A stretch of 42,692 nucleotides of DNA from Sphingobacteriales bacterium (GTDB lineage Bacteria > Bacteroidota > Bacteroidia > Chitinophagales > Chitinophagaceae), in NCBI GenBank assembly GCA_031375135.1, contig JANMHK010000188.1, forward strand, positions 1 through 42,692, given 5' to 3'. The notes below the pieces were generated by a model. The model was not told the DNA's origin. It saw only the letters and a program-made list of their open reading frames with translations, and ran no database searches. Position 1 is the stretch's first letter, and each line of letters starts with the position of its first letter. This document shows positions 18,200 through 27,402 of this stretch, piece after piece. A program made the translations under genes and the position numbers.

Positions 18200-19503
18200 T
18201 GAAGCAATTGCTTGTGAAAGCCAGGCAGATCTTTGCCACTGATTTGGTAAAGGTTTCCTTTCTGAATGGAATTTCTACAGTGATACGTATGATGGCGGGG
18301 CTGGTAAGTACCAAGGTTGTCGCTTCCGTGGTAGGTCCCGTAGGTATCGCCTTGTTGGGGCAACTAAATAATTTTACCACCATCATGCTGAGTCTTGCCA
18401 ATGGTGGCATCACCACGGGCATTACAAAATATGTGTCTGAACATGCTGTTGAGACTGATAAGACCGGACGGTATATTGGGACGGCTTTCCGAATTACCTT
18501 TATTTCATCTTTGTTTACCGGTTTGGCGATTATCGTGGGTGCGGGTTATTTCTCGCGCCTAATCCTGAAAGACACAAGCTACCAGGCTGTATTCTACATT
18601 CTGGGTTTTACCATCATCTTCTATGCCCTGAATGCATTGCTTCTCGCCATCCTGAATGGCTTCAAGGAATATAAACTCTTTGTAAAGATCAATATCATCA
18701 GCAGTGTGACCAGCCTGTTGTTCTCTGTTGGAATGGCACTCGCATTCGGACTGATGGGTGCACTGATCTCGGCAGTAACTTTTCAATCGGTAGTGTTTCT
18801 GGTCACGCTTGGACTGGTGTCCAAAACGCCCTGGTTCAGCTGGTCCATGTTTCTCGGCCAGATCAACCGAAAGGCATTAAATAGTCTTGTCCAATACTCC
18901 TTAATGGCCCTCGCCAGTGCGATCATTGTGCCGTTGAGCCAGCTACTGGTGAGGGGCACTATAGCGGAACATATCTCTGTCACCGATGCAGGTATATGGG
19001 AAGGGCTGAACAGGATCTCCGGGATGTACCTGACGGTTGTTGTGACATCGTTCAGCGTTTATTATTTACCCCGACTAGCAGAGTTGAAAACAAACCGGGA
19101 GATCAGGAAGGAGGTGCTGTCTGTTTACCAGCTGATGGTCCCTTTTCTACTGATCGTTTCTTTAGGCATTTATGTGTTTCGTGATCTGATCATATCCATT
19201 CTGTTTACTGCGGAGTTCAGCAATATGCGTTCTTTGTTCTTCTTCCAATTGACCGGCGATATCCTGAAGATGTCTGGCTGGGTATTGGGTTATTTAATGG
19301 TAGCAAAGGCCATGGCTAAGACGTATATCCTGATGGAAATCCTGAACTACTCCCTGTTCGTGGTACTTTCTTATTTGCTCGTGGGCCCTTATGGCGTGGC
19401 CGGAACCACTATGGCCTATGCTGCCGGACATTTTGTTTATCTCATTGGGATGATCGTCATCTTCAGAAAAATCTTATTCAATCCCACTGATCCCAAGTTA
19501 TAG
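18199..19503 (+). CDS. wzx: O-antigen translocase / WzxE-like flippase (MOP family)
   Basis: About 12 TM helices, VGPVGIALLGQ, GITTGITKY, YYLPRLAE, and GDILK..W motifs. Confidence 0.85.
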   Translation: MKQLLVKARQIFATDLVKVSFLNGISTVIRMMAGLVSTKVVASVVGPVGIALLGQLNNFTTIMLSLANGGITTGITKYVSEHAVETDKTGRYIGTAFRITFISSLFTGLAIIVGAGYFSRLILKDTSYQAVFYILGFTIIFYALNALLLAILNGFKEYKLFVKINIISSVTSLLFSVGMALAFGLMGALISAVTFQSVVFLVTLGLVSKTPWFSWSMFLGQINRKALNSLVQYSLMALASAIIVPLSQLLVRGTIAEHISVTDAGIWEGLNRISGMYLTVVVTSFSVYYLPRLAELKTNREIRKEVLSVYQLMVPFLLIVSLGIYVFRDLIISILFTAEFSNMRSLFFFQLTGDILKMSGWVLGYLMVAKAMAKTYILMEILNYSLFVVLSYLLVGPYGVAGTTMAYAAGHFVYLIGMIVIFRKILFNPTDPKL

Positions 19504-19582
19504 TTTCAGCAATTTGGTAAATATGCTGGCTGATTCACAAATGGCATCGATATTCAGGTGTTAGGTGAAAGACTCCTTGTTC

Positions 19583-19640
19583 AAAAAACAAAACCGGAAA
19601 ACAGGGTCATCGATTTTTTTCGATCAACGCGTTTTCCGGT
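19583..19640 (-). terminator. Long hairpin terminator downstream of sucC
   Basis: ACCGGAAAAC...GTTTTCCGGT outer stem with an inner ATCGA/TCGAT stem and a T-rich tail on the minus strand. Confidence 0.7.
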
Positions 19641-19667
19641 CTCTGTAAATTACTTTGAACCGTTGTT

Positions 19668-20879
19668 CTATGCTACAGATTTACGAACCAATTCCGCCGC
19701 TTCAGACAACAGGATCGCGCTCTGCACTTTCAGTCCGCTCTCATCGATCAATTTTTTAGCTTCTTCTGCATTAGTGCCCTGTAGGCGCACAATGATGGGA
19801 ATGCTGATATTTCCAAGATTTTTGTACGCGTCGATAACACCCTGTGCAACCCTGTCGCATCGCACGATACCACCGAATATGTTGATGAGGATCGCTTTTA
19901 CATTGGGGTCTTTCATGATGATCTTGAAACCCGCTTCAACGGTTTGTGCATTAGCCGTACCACCCACGTCCAGGAAGTTCGCCGGGTCGCCACCACTTAA
20001 TTTGATCATATCCATCGTCGCCATCGCCAGTCCTGCTCCGTTCACCATACATCCTACATTGCCATCGAGCTTAACAAAGTTCAGGTTGTACTTGCCCGCT
20101 TCCACTTCTGTAGGATCTTCTTCATATACATCCCTCAGTGCTGCAACATCAGGGTGGCGCATAAGGGCATTGTCATCGATATTCATTTTGCAATCCACTG
20201 CAACGATCTTATTATCTGCTGCTTTAAAAAGCGGGTTGATCTCCAGCATTGAGCAATCGAGGCCCACATAGGCGTTATAGATGTTTGTAACAAACTTCAC
20301 CATGTTCTTGAAGGCTTCACCCTGTAGATTCAGGTTGAACGCGATCTTGCGAGCCTGGAAAGCCAGGAGGCCACCACCGGGGTGCACCCATTCCCTGTAT
20401 ATTTTTTCCGGTGTGTCATGCGCCACATCTTCGATGTTCATGCCGCCTTCGGTGCTGTACATAATCACATTCTGGCCGGTAGAGCGGTCCAGTAAAATCG
20501 AGAGATAGAATTCTTTCCTTTCAGAAATACCATCGTAATACATATCCTGGGCAACCAGGATCTTATTGACCACTTTACCTGCAGGTCCGGTTTGCAGGGT
20601 GACAAGGGTGCCACCTAATAATTTCTTCGCGATATCAATGGCATCATCTGCATTTTTAGCCACTTTCACGCCGTTGATGCCATTCTCCTTGATTGTTCCC
20701 TTACCACGTCCACCTGCGTGAATCTGGGCTTTGATAACAGCAAAGCTGCTGCCATACTGGGTTTTGATCTGACGATAAGCCTCTTCAGCTTCATGCACTG
20801 TGGAACAAGCAAATCCTTCCTGGATAGTAACATTATACTTCTTCAGTAATTCCTTGGCCTGATACTCGTGAAGATTCAT
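19668..20879 (-). CDS. sucC: Succinyl-CoA ligase beta subunit
   Basis: MNLHEYQAK, KAQIHAGGRGK, NGAGLAMATMD, NFLDVGG, and NIFGGIVRCD motifs. Confidence 0.97.
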   Translation of the reverse strand: MNLHEYQAKELLKKYNVTIQEGFACSTVHEAEEAYRQIKTQYGSSFAVIKAQIHAGGRGKGTIKENGINGVKVAKNADDAIDIAKKLLGGTLVTLQTGPAGKVVNKILVAQDMYYDGISERKEFYLSILLDRSTGQNVIMYSTEGGMNIEDVAHDTPEKIYREWVHPGGGLLAFQARKIAFNLNLQGEAFKNMVKFVTNIYNAYVGLDCSMLEINPLFKAADNKIVAVDCKMNIDDNALMRHPDVAALRDVYEEDPTEVEAGKYNLNFVKLDGNVGCMVNGAGLAMATMDMIKLSGGDPANFLDVGGTANAQTVEAGFKIIMKDPNVKAILINIFGGIVRCDRVAQGVIDAYKNLGNISIPIIVRLQGTNAEEAKKLIDESGLKVQSAILLSEAAELVRKSVA

Positions 20880-20930
20880 AAAATTGATGATTTGCGCGAA
20901 GATAAATAAAACGGGCTATTCCAGCTGAAC

Positions 20931-22859
20931 TTAACGGATGATCGTGAGATAGCCGGAAAGTTTAGGGAACGGGTCTACCTTAAGATCGATTACATAGTAA
21001 TAAGTGCCTGCGGGCAGGGCCTTTCCGTTCCTGGTTCCATCCCAAGGCCGGGAATAACCGATGTCACGGTGTACGAGCTGACCTGCAGTATTGTATACTT
21101 CGGTCACTGATTTCTCGAAAGCCCTCAACTGATCAAGTTCCCAAACATCATTATAACCGTCGCCATTAGGTGTGAAGGTATTAGGAACTTTTAGGAAATC
21201 AAATACGCGAATTTCTACTTCATCGGTGGATGTGTTGGTGCAGCCCGTATTTGAACTCACCGTAAGGCGGTATCGAATATCTGATGGCGGATTTACTAAT
21301 GGATTCAGTAACCCAGGATCGCTCATATACTGTGCCGGACTCCAGGCATAAGAGATATCGGTGCCGGACGCAATTCCTTTCAGCGTTACGGAGCTGCCCT
21401 TCAATATCTTGATGTCGGGTCCGGCATCTGCGAGCGCCTTTTTAAAAACATTGACCAGTACGCTTCCGGTGTCCGTGCAGCCAACTGTGTTGGAGATGAC
21501 GGCAAAATACCGGGTGCTGCTGCTGATGGTGGCAACAGGGCTAAAAATAGTATCGTTATTTAAACCTGCCGAAGGCGTCCATTTGATCCTGGTTCCCCCC
21601 GAGGCAGTAATGGTAACTGGTGTTGCTTCGCATACGTTTAGGGAGGAAGGCAAGGTGATCACTGCATTTTGTAAAACAAGAACGTTTATAGTATCTAACG
21701 CACTGCAGCCTTCAGCATTGGTCACTTTAACGATGTATTTCCCGGCCTGAGGGTAATCTATACCAGGGATCACAGGATTTTGCAGGTTGGACGCAAAGCC
21801 AGTAGGTCCTGTCCATGCATAGCTGGCGCCACCATTGGCACCAAGGGTAACATCCGAGAGCTTACAGGCCCGGATATCGGGACCTGCGGATGCAGAGACC
21901 TTAGGATTAACTTTGACGGTGATCAGGGGCGATGAGATCCTGCAGGCAGATAAAATGATGTTTGTACCATCGGCGATCAGTGCCCTGTACTTGAAAGTGC
22001 CGACGGAACTCAAGGGCCGTAAATACGTATCGCTTGTTGCCCCTGGAATATTCTGCCAGTTGATCCCATTGTCCGTACTGGATTGCCACTGCAGTCTTGG
22101 ATCGGCATAAAGGGTGGAATAGGTCATTTTGAGTTTGAAGCTGTTGACGTCAGGCTCGCAGATCGTGGTGTCCTGATCTGATACGCCTTCAATACCTGCT
22201 TCAACTTTCGGCCCGCAGGGCCGGAACATGATATCGTCGATGGCCAGGTCGTTTCCGCAGCCGCCGGGTGCATTGTTCGTTATCCTGATGACCAACTTGG
22301 TAACATTGGCCGGGGTAGTTAGGAACGTGCCATATTGGACCCATTGCGGGCTACCCTTGGAGGGAATTTTACCTGTATTGTAGGTGACGAGTTTGGTACC
22401 ATTGGTCGTTTCAATGGTAAAAGTGAGGTCGGGCTCAATGGCATTGTTCCCGCAGGCGGATGACTTAATCACGTTCATAATATAGGCTGAAAACTCATAG
22501 GTGGTGCCCCCGCATAACGATGATACGGTATCAACATAAAATACGCCGGGTGTGTAGGACGCATTGAACAGCATAAAATAACCATTCTGATCTGAGGGAG
22601 TATGATCCAGGGTCACATCATGCCAGGTTTGCCCGAAACAGGCTGTGCTGGTATTGGTGATGGTATAGGAGCCATCAGGAGGACAAGAAGTGCCATTATA
22701 CGTGTAGTTTGTTTTATCCGGTGAGAGGGCAGGACCTTGCCCGGTACCTGTGCCAAATGTAAAAAGAGCCACGGGGTCACCTAAACTTCCGGTGCACAAT
22801 TGAGACCTGGCGATCGTGGAACAAGCCATTGCCACTATCAGAATCAATACGGATCGCAT
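20931..22859 (-). CDS. Secreted protein with Ig/PKD-like repeats and a T9SS type-B (gliding-motility-associated) C-terminal domain
   Basis: Signal peptide ending in Q, AGPD-type Ig repeats, and C-terminal VPNTFTPNGDGYND...WDGT...GTYYY. Confidence 0.9.
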   Translation of the reverse strand: MRSVLILIVAMACSTIARSQLCTGSLGDPVALFTFGTGTGQGPALSPDKTNYTYNGTSCPPDGSYTITNTSTACFGQTWHDVTLDHTPSDQNGYFMLFNASYTPGVFYVDTVSSLCGGTTYEFSAYIMNVIKSSACGNNAIEPDLTFTIETTNGTKLVTYNTGKIPSKGSPQWVQYGTFLTTPANVTKLVIRITNNAPGGCGNDLAIDDIMFRPCGPKVEAGIEGVSDQDTTICEPDVNSFKLKMTYSTLYADPRLQWQSSTDNGINWQNIPGATSDTYLRPLSSVGTFKYRALIADGTNIILSACRISSPLITVKVNPKVSASAGPDIRACKLSDVTLGANGGASYAWTGPTGFASNLQNPVIPGIDYPQAGKYIVKVTNAEGCSALDTINVLVLQNAVITLPSSLNVCEATPVTITASGGTRIKWTPSAGLNNDTIFSPVATISSSTRYFAVISNTVGCTDTGSVLVNVFKKALADAGPDIKILKGSSVTLKGIASGTDISYAWSPAQYMSDPGLLNPLVNPPSDIRYRLTVSSNTGCTNTSTDEVEIRVFDFLKVPNTFTPNGDGYNDVWELDQLRAFEKSVTEVYNTAGQLVHRDIGYSRPWDGTRNGKALPAGTYYYVIDLKVDPFPKLSGYLTIIR

Positions 22860-22863
22860 AAAA

Positions 22864-22898
22864 CAAATATACGCAATGGTTGAGAGGAATTATATTTG
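22864..22898. promoter_or_regulatory. Back-to-back divergent -7 promoter elements
   Basis: TATATTTG on the minus strand (22864-22871) and on the plus strand (22891-22898). Confidence 0.65.
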
Positions 22899-22916
22899 CC
22901 CCCTGAATTAAACACT

Positions 22917-23735
22917 ATGTCCCTGATCACACAGATAGACGAAACCGTTCGTTACATCAAAAGCGTTTATAGAAATGCACCCGAAATAGGTGTGATCCTG
23001 GGCAGCGGACTTGGAAATTTCAGCAAAGAAATTGAAGTAGAACTTGAGATTCCATATAGTGAGATCCCTCATTTTCCTGTTTCTACGGTGAAAGGACACC
23101 AGGGTAAACTGGTTTTTGGAATGATGGAAGGAAAGCGCATCGTCGCGATGGCTGGACGCTTTCACTTCTACGAGGGCTATACCACGGACGAAGTGGTGTT
23201 CCCTGTGAGGGTGATGAAATTTCTTGGCATAAAATTGCTGATGATCTCAAACGCCGCCGGCGGCGTTAATCCATCTTTTAATGTGGGTGATCTGATGATC
23301 ATTCGCGATCATATCAGTTTTGCAACACCCAATCCGCTGATCGGAAAAAATATCGACGAGCTGGGTCCACGTTTCCCCGACATGAGTGAACCCTACCATA
23401 AATCCATCATCAAAACCGCCAGGGAAGTTGCAAAATCTAAAGGGATCCCGGTTCACGAGGGGGTATATTTTGCAGTCACCGGTCCAACTTTTGAAACAAG
23501 GGCCGAATACCTGATGATCCATCATATGGGCGGAGATGCGGTAGGAATGAGCACCGTCCAGGAATGCATCATTGCAAATCATATGGGGCTACCCGTGTTC
23601 GCTATGAGCGTGATCACCGATATGGGCATTCGGGAAGAAGAGAATGTCATTACACATGAAGAAGTTCTTGAGGCTGCAAAAGCTGCTGAACCTAAACTTA
23701 CTGCCATTTTCAGGGGGGTCATTGCACAAGCCTGA
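22917..23735 (+). CDS. punA: Purine nucleoside phosphorylase (trimeric type)
   Basis: GSGLG, GRFHFYEG, NAAGG, GPTFET, and VGMSTV motifs. ATG at 22917. Confidence 0.93.
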   Translation: MSLITQIDETVRYIKSVYRNAPEIGVILGSGLGNFSKEIEVELEIPYSEIPHFPVSTVKGHQGKLVFGMMEGKRIVAMAGRFHFYEGYTTDEVVFPVRVMKFLGIKLLMISNAAGGVNPSFNVGDLMIIRDHISFATPNPLIGKNIDELGPRFPDMSEPYHKSIIKTAREVAKSKGIPVHEGVYFAVTGPTFETRAEYLMIHHMGGDAVGMSTVQECIIANHMGLPVFAMSVITDMGIREEENVITHEEVLEAAKAAEPKLTAIFRGVIAQA

Positions 23736-23788
23736 TTTATCATTTTTTTAAGTCAATGCCCGCCGTATTCAACTAATTTCGCAGCTTC

Positions 23789-25807
23789 ATGGCATTGAAG
23801 AGATCCAGTTTAGCCATCTTATTGCTTTTTATCCTTGGGATGCAGGCTTTGCATGCCCAAAACCAGCTGATGAACAGGATACCAAGGGGTGCAGGCGGCG
23901 GGGGATCCCGGGGTGGCGGGGGAGATTCGATCCAGTTTGAAAAACGGAATTTCGCGGACGATTCTGCGTTTGTTCGTTTCCGTTACCTGGATACTGCCCG
24001 GTTTTATAGTATTGATTCCTCGATCCGGGATTATTTTGACAAAGTGCCACTCGATGCTGAACATATCCACCTGGGGAATAATGGAACGGCAACCCGGTCT
24101 CTTTTGTTTTCTCCCAATTTGAAAGCGGGCTGGGATCCGGGATTTCATGCCTTCGATGTGTATGGTTTCAGGGTTGAGGATACCCGCTTCATGACTACCA
24201 ATAAGCCCTTCACCAGGCTGACCTACCTGCTGGGAAGCCAGTCTGAACAGCATATCGGTATTTTGCATACACAGAATATTACGCCCGACTGGAATGCGGG
24301 GCTTGAGTACAGGCTCATAAATGCACCAGGGTTCTACAATTCCCAGAACACCAATCACAAAAATTTTCGATTTAATTCAAACTATACATCAAAAGGCCGG
24401 CGGTACAATGCTTTTTTAGTAGTGCTGAGCAATAGTTTGCAGTCGTCCGAAAACGGTGGCATTGCCAGTGACACTTTTCTGATGAATAAGAATGCTGCGT
24501 ATAATGATCTCTATAATATCCCTACGAATTTGGCCAAGGTGCCCAGCGTATCCCGCAATTTTTTCAATGTTGCGCTGAATACCGGGAACAAGTATAGCAA
24601 CGCCACCTTCTTACTGCGTCAGCAATATGATTTTGGTAAGAAAGATTCCACGGTGACCGACTCTACCGTGGTCAGATTCTTCCTGCCCAGACTCAGGTTG
24701 GAACACACGATCCAGTACTCCGGATTCAAGTATCGGTTTCTGGATATACAAGCGTTGAACGACAGTGATTTTTATCAGGAAAATTATGGCATCAACACCC
24801 TGGCGGATACCGTCGAGTTCATAGATAAATGGAACCAACTCTCTAACGATTTTTCGATCATTCAGTTTCCTGATGCCAGTAATCCGTTGCAGTTTCTCAA
24901 ACTGGGCGCCACGATGGAGAATATAACCGGCACATTCGGCGCATTGCGTGATAATTTCCTGAACGTCAAACTACATGGGGAGTACCGCAACAGGACCAAG
25001 AACCGGAAATGGGATATGCTGCTGTACGGCGAATTTTACGGAGCGGGAAGGGCCGCCGGTAATTATGATTTTCAGGCCAGTTTGAAAAGATATCTCGGAA
25101 AACGATGGGGCTTTCTTGAATTGGGTGGCAGGAACGTAAACCGCGATCCTTCTTACATCTATCAGCGTCCAACTAGTTTCCCCATTCAATATAAGGGCGA
25201 CCTGAACGATGAAAACACCTTCCACCTGTTCGGTTCTGTGATCAATCCGGCGTTCCGGTTGAAACTAACGGCGGACTATTTTTTGATGGGGAACTATGTC
25301 TACCTCACCGAATTTTATAAAGTAAACCAGGAATCCACCCTGTTCAACCTCCTGAGGGTAGGAATGAATAAGGAACTCCGTTTAAGGAAGAACTGGAAAT
25401 GGTATCTGGATGTTTATTTACAAACCGTAACGGGTGCACCGCCTGTCAATGTTCCGTTGATTTATATTCGTAACCGGTTCGCCTATGAAGGGAGTGTTTT
25501 TATTAACCTGGCCCTGTCCACAGGATTTGACATTCGGTATCATACCCCTTATAAATCAGTCAATTACTCGCCGCTGCTGGGGCAGTTTTTCTTCCAGGAC
25601 CAGCAAACGATCAGTGCCCGGCCGGACATTGCCGCCTATGTCAATTTCAGGATCCGGAACTTCACCGGCTTCACCAGGCTGGAGAATTTGAACAGCCTGA
25701 CTTTCATTAATGGGTTCGGATTCAAAAACAATAATGTAGAAACCCCGTTATATGCCTATCCCGGTTTGCTGTTTAGAATGGGTGTGGTTTGGGACCTGGT
25801 GAATTGA
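23789..25807 (+). CDS. Putative outer-membrane porin (Bacteroidota porin_10-like)
   Basis: Signal peptide, LGNNG, HTQN, ENGG motifs, alternating beta-strands, and C-terminal MGVVWDL. Confidence 0.75.
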   Translation: MALKRSSLAILLLFILGMQALHAQNQLMNRIPRGAGGGGSRGGGGDSIQFEKRNFADDSAFVRFRYLDTARFYSIDSSIRDYFDKVPLDAEHIHLGNNGTATRSLLFSPNLKAGWDPGFHAFDVYGFRVEDTRFMTTNKPFTRLTYLLGSQSEQHIGILHTQNITPDWNAGLEYRLINAPGFYNSQNTNHKNFRFNSNYTSKGRRYNAFLVVLSNSLQSSENGGIASDTFLMNKNAAYNDLYNIPTNLAKVPSVSRNFFNVALNTGNKYSNATFLLRQQYDFGKKDSTVTDSTVVRFFLPRLRLEHTIQYSGFKYRFLDIQALNDSDFYQENYGINTLADTVEFIDKWNQLSNDFSIIQFPDASNPLQFLKLGATMENITGTFGALRDNFLNVKLHGEYRNRTKNRKWDMLLYGEFYGAGRAAGNYDFQASLKRYLGKRWGFLELGGRNVNRDPSYIYQRPTSFPIQYKGDLNDENTFHLFGSVINPAFRLKLTADYFLMGNYVYLTEFYKVNQESTLFNLLRVGMNKELRLRKNWKWYLDVYLQTVTGAPPVNVPLIYIRNRFAYEGSVFINLALSTGFDIRYHTPYKSVNYSPLLGQFFFQDQQTISARPDIAAYVNFRIRNFTGFTRLENLNSLTFINGFGFKNNNVETPLYAYPGLLFRMGVVWDLVN

Positions 25808-25856
25808 TCAAATGAAATTTTAACGATTCGGACTTGTCATTGCATATATTCTTGTC

Positions 25857-25864
25857 TAGATTTG
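25857..25864 (+). promoter_or_regulatory. -7 promoter element for the metal operon
   Basis: TAGATTTG 8 nt upstream of ATG 25873. Confidence 0.55.
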
Positions 25865-25872
25865 TCGTGTTG

Positions 25873-26247
25873 ATGAAGCGTTTCACAGCCATATTATTAG
25901 CCCTGATCTATCTGGCCACCACCACTGGCATTTTGATCAACACCCATTATTGTATGGGCGAAGTTTCGGGCGTGGCTTTTGGTCAGAAGAACAATGCTAC
26001 CTGTGGTACCTGTGGAATGGATAACGAAGGTTGTTGCCACGATGATCTGCAGGTGATTAAGTTGACCGCAGACCAACATTTTTCCTTTATTTCAACTGAC
26101 GTTCCTCATGCTGAAGCCCTTGCAGCAGATCACCAGACCGAGGAGCAGCGATCTGGTCTGTTATTCAGGCAAGCCCTTAAAATCAGGAACCATTCGCCGC
26201 CATTAACCTACTCCAGAAATACATTATTCTGCGTTTACCGGATCTGA
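25873..26247 (+). CDS. HYC_CC_PP-family protein, candidate metal-responsive leader ORF
   Basis: N-terminal hydrophobic segment, HYCMG, CGTC, GCCHD, HSPP and terminal FCVYRI. Confidence 0.8.
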   Translation: MKRFTAILLALIYLATTTGILINTHYCMGEVSGVAFGQKNNATCGTCGMDNEGCCHDDLQVIKLTADQHFSFISTDVPHAEALAADHQTEEQRSGLLFRQALKIRNHSPPLTYSRNTLFCVYRI

Positions 26248-26306
26248 TCATGATATAGTTTTCCTGAGTATTCAGTTCAATTATTATCATTTTAAAAAAT
26301 CAGATC
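26241..26306 (+). promoter_or_regulatory. Predicted RNA stem-loop linking the leader stop codon to the next translation start region
   Basis: GATCTGAT (26241-26248) is complementary to ATCAGATC (26299-26306), with a nested ATGATA (26250-26255)/TATCAT (26285-26290) pair. Confidence 0.5.
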
Positions 26307-26798
26307 ATGAAATCAAATATTATTTTAAGCATCCTGACCCTGTTCATCTTCACTTCAGTGTCAGCACAGAAAAAAGAAACCGTAAAAGTTTGGGGTAATT
26401 GTGGCATGTGCCAGAAAACCATTGAAACGGCTGCAAAATCAGCCGGAGCTTCAGCAGCAGAATGGAACACAGAGACCAAGGTATTGACCGTTGCCTATAA
26501 AGAGAAGAAAACCGACCTCACCAAGATAGAGCAGGCCGTAGCGGCATCTGGTTATGACACCAAGAATTTCACCGCTTCAGATGACGCTTATAACAAGCTT
26601 CACAGCTGCTGCCAGTACGATCGCAAGGCGGGGGCAACTGCATCTTCCGAAAAAGCTGATTGCTGCAAAGATGGCAAATGTGACAAAGACCATAACGAGT
26701 GTGCCAATTGCGAGAAATGCAAAGACGGCAAATGCGCTGATTGTTGCAAAGACGGCGTTTGCTCTACAGGCAAAGACTGCTGCAAGAAAACCAAGTAA
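26307..26798 (+). CDS. Exported heavy-metal-associated (HMA) domain protein with Cys-rich tail
   Basis: Signal peptide (VSA-Q), GNCGMC, HSCCQY, and 12 Cys in the last ~45 aa. Confidence 0.88.
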   Translation: MKSNIILSILTLFIFTSVSAQKKETVKVWGNCGMCQKTIETAAKSAGASAAEWNTETKVLTVAYKEKKTDLTKIEQAVAASGYDTKNFTASDDAYNKLHSCCQYDRKAGATASSEKADCCKDGKCDKDHNECANCEKCKDGKCADCCKDGVCSTGKDCCKKTK

Positions 26799-26816
26799 TA
26801 ATTAAATTAGTAAACG

Positions 26817-26841
26817 GGGGTGGTGCGTTGCATCACCCCTT
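26817..26841 (+). terminator. Intra-operon hairpin (weak terminator or mRNA stabiliser)
   Basis: GGGGTGGTGC-gtt-GCATCACCCC followed by TTAATATATTTT. Confidence 0.55.
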
Positions 26842-26853
26842 AATATATTTTCA

Positions 26854-27402
26854 ATGAAGAAGATCATCCTCATTGTGTTTCTGGGCGTGCTGACCATACC
26901 AGGAATAAGCCAGATCGCGTCGGCCAAATTGCAAGCCAGCGGACTCACTTGCGCCATGTGCGCGAAAGCGGTATATAGCAAACTGGAAAGCCTTCCTTTT
27001 ATTGATAAAATTGATACGGATCTTAATGGGTCTGCTTTTTTGATTGACTTTAAGCAGGGAGTACCTGTTGATATAGATGCGATAAAAAACAAAGTGGAAG
27101 ATGCAGGTTTCAGTGTAGCGATGTTGGACCTAAACGCATCCTTCCATGAAGTTGCTGTAAAAAAAGATGAGCATATCAACTATCACGGCCTTGTACTCCA
27201 TTTTATGGGTGGGAAAGAACAAACCATCCATGGAGACAAAACGCTGCGTGTGATTGACAAGCATTACACAACTGCCAAAGAGCAGAAGAAGTTCAATGGG
27301 CTTACAGATATGGAATGCTTCAAAACCGGTGTAGCTGCTGCCTGTTGTGCTAAAAACGGAAAAGGAGCATCAGAAAGGATCTATCATGTAATGATCAACT
27401 GA
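26854..27402 (+). CDS. Exported HMA-domain protein
   Basis: Signal peptide, GLTCAMC, VEDAGFSV, C-terminal C..CC and RIYHV. Confidence 0.85.
   Translation: MKKIILIVFLGVLTIPGISQIASAKLQASGLTCAMCAKAVYSKLESLPFIDKIDTDLNGSAFLIDFKQGVPVDIDAIKNKVEDAGFSVAMLDLNASFHEVAVKKDEHINYHGLVLHFMGGKEQTIHGDKTLRVIDKHYTTAKEQKKFNGLTDMECFKTGVAAACCAKNGKGASERIYHVMIN

Noticed and set aside
19558-20271. 237-aa plus-strand ORF
   Set aside because: Antisense shadow of conserved sucC.
19668-20879. sucC without adjacent sucD
   Set aside because: Separation of sucC and sucD is common in Bacteroidota.
23887-23922. G-rich tract as a possible G-quadruplex
   Set aside because: Explained by a Gly-rich linker (GAGGGGSRGGGG) in the porin.
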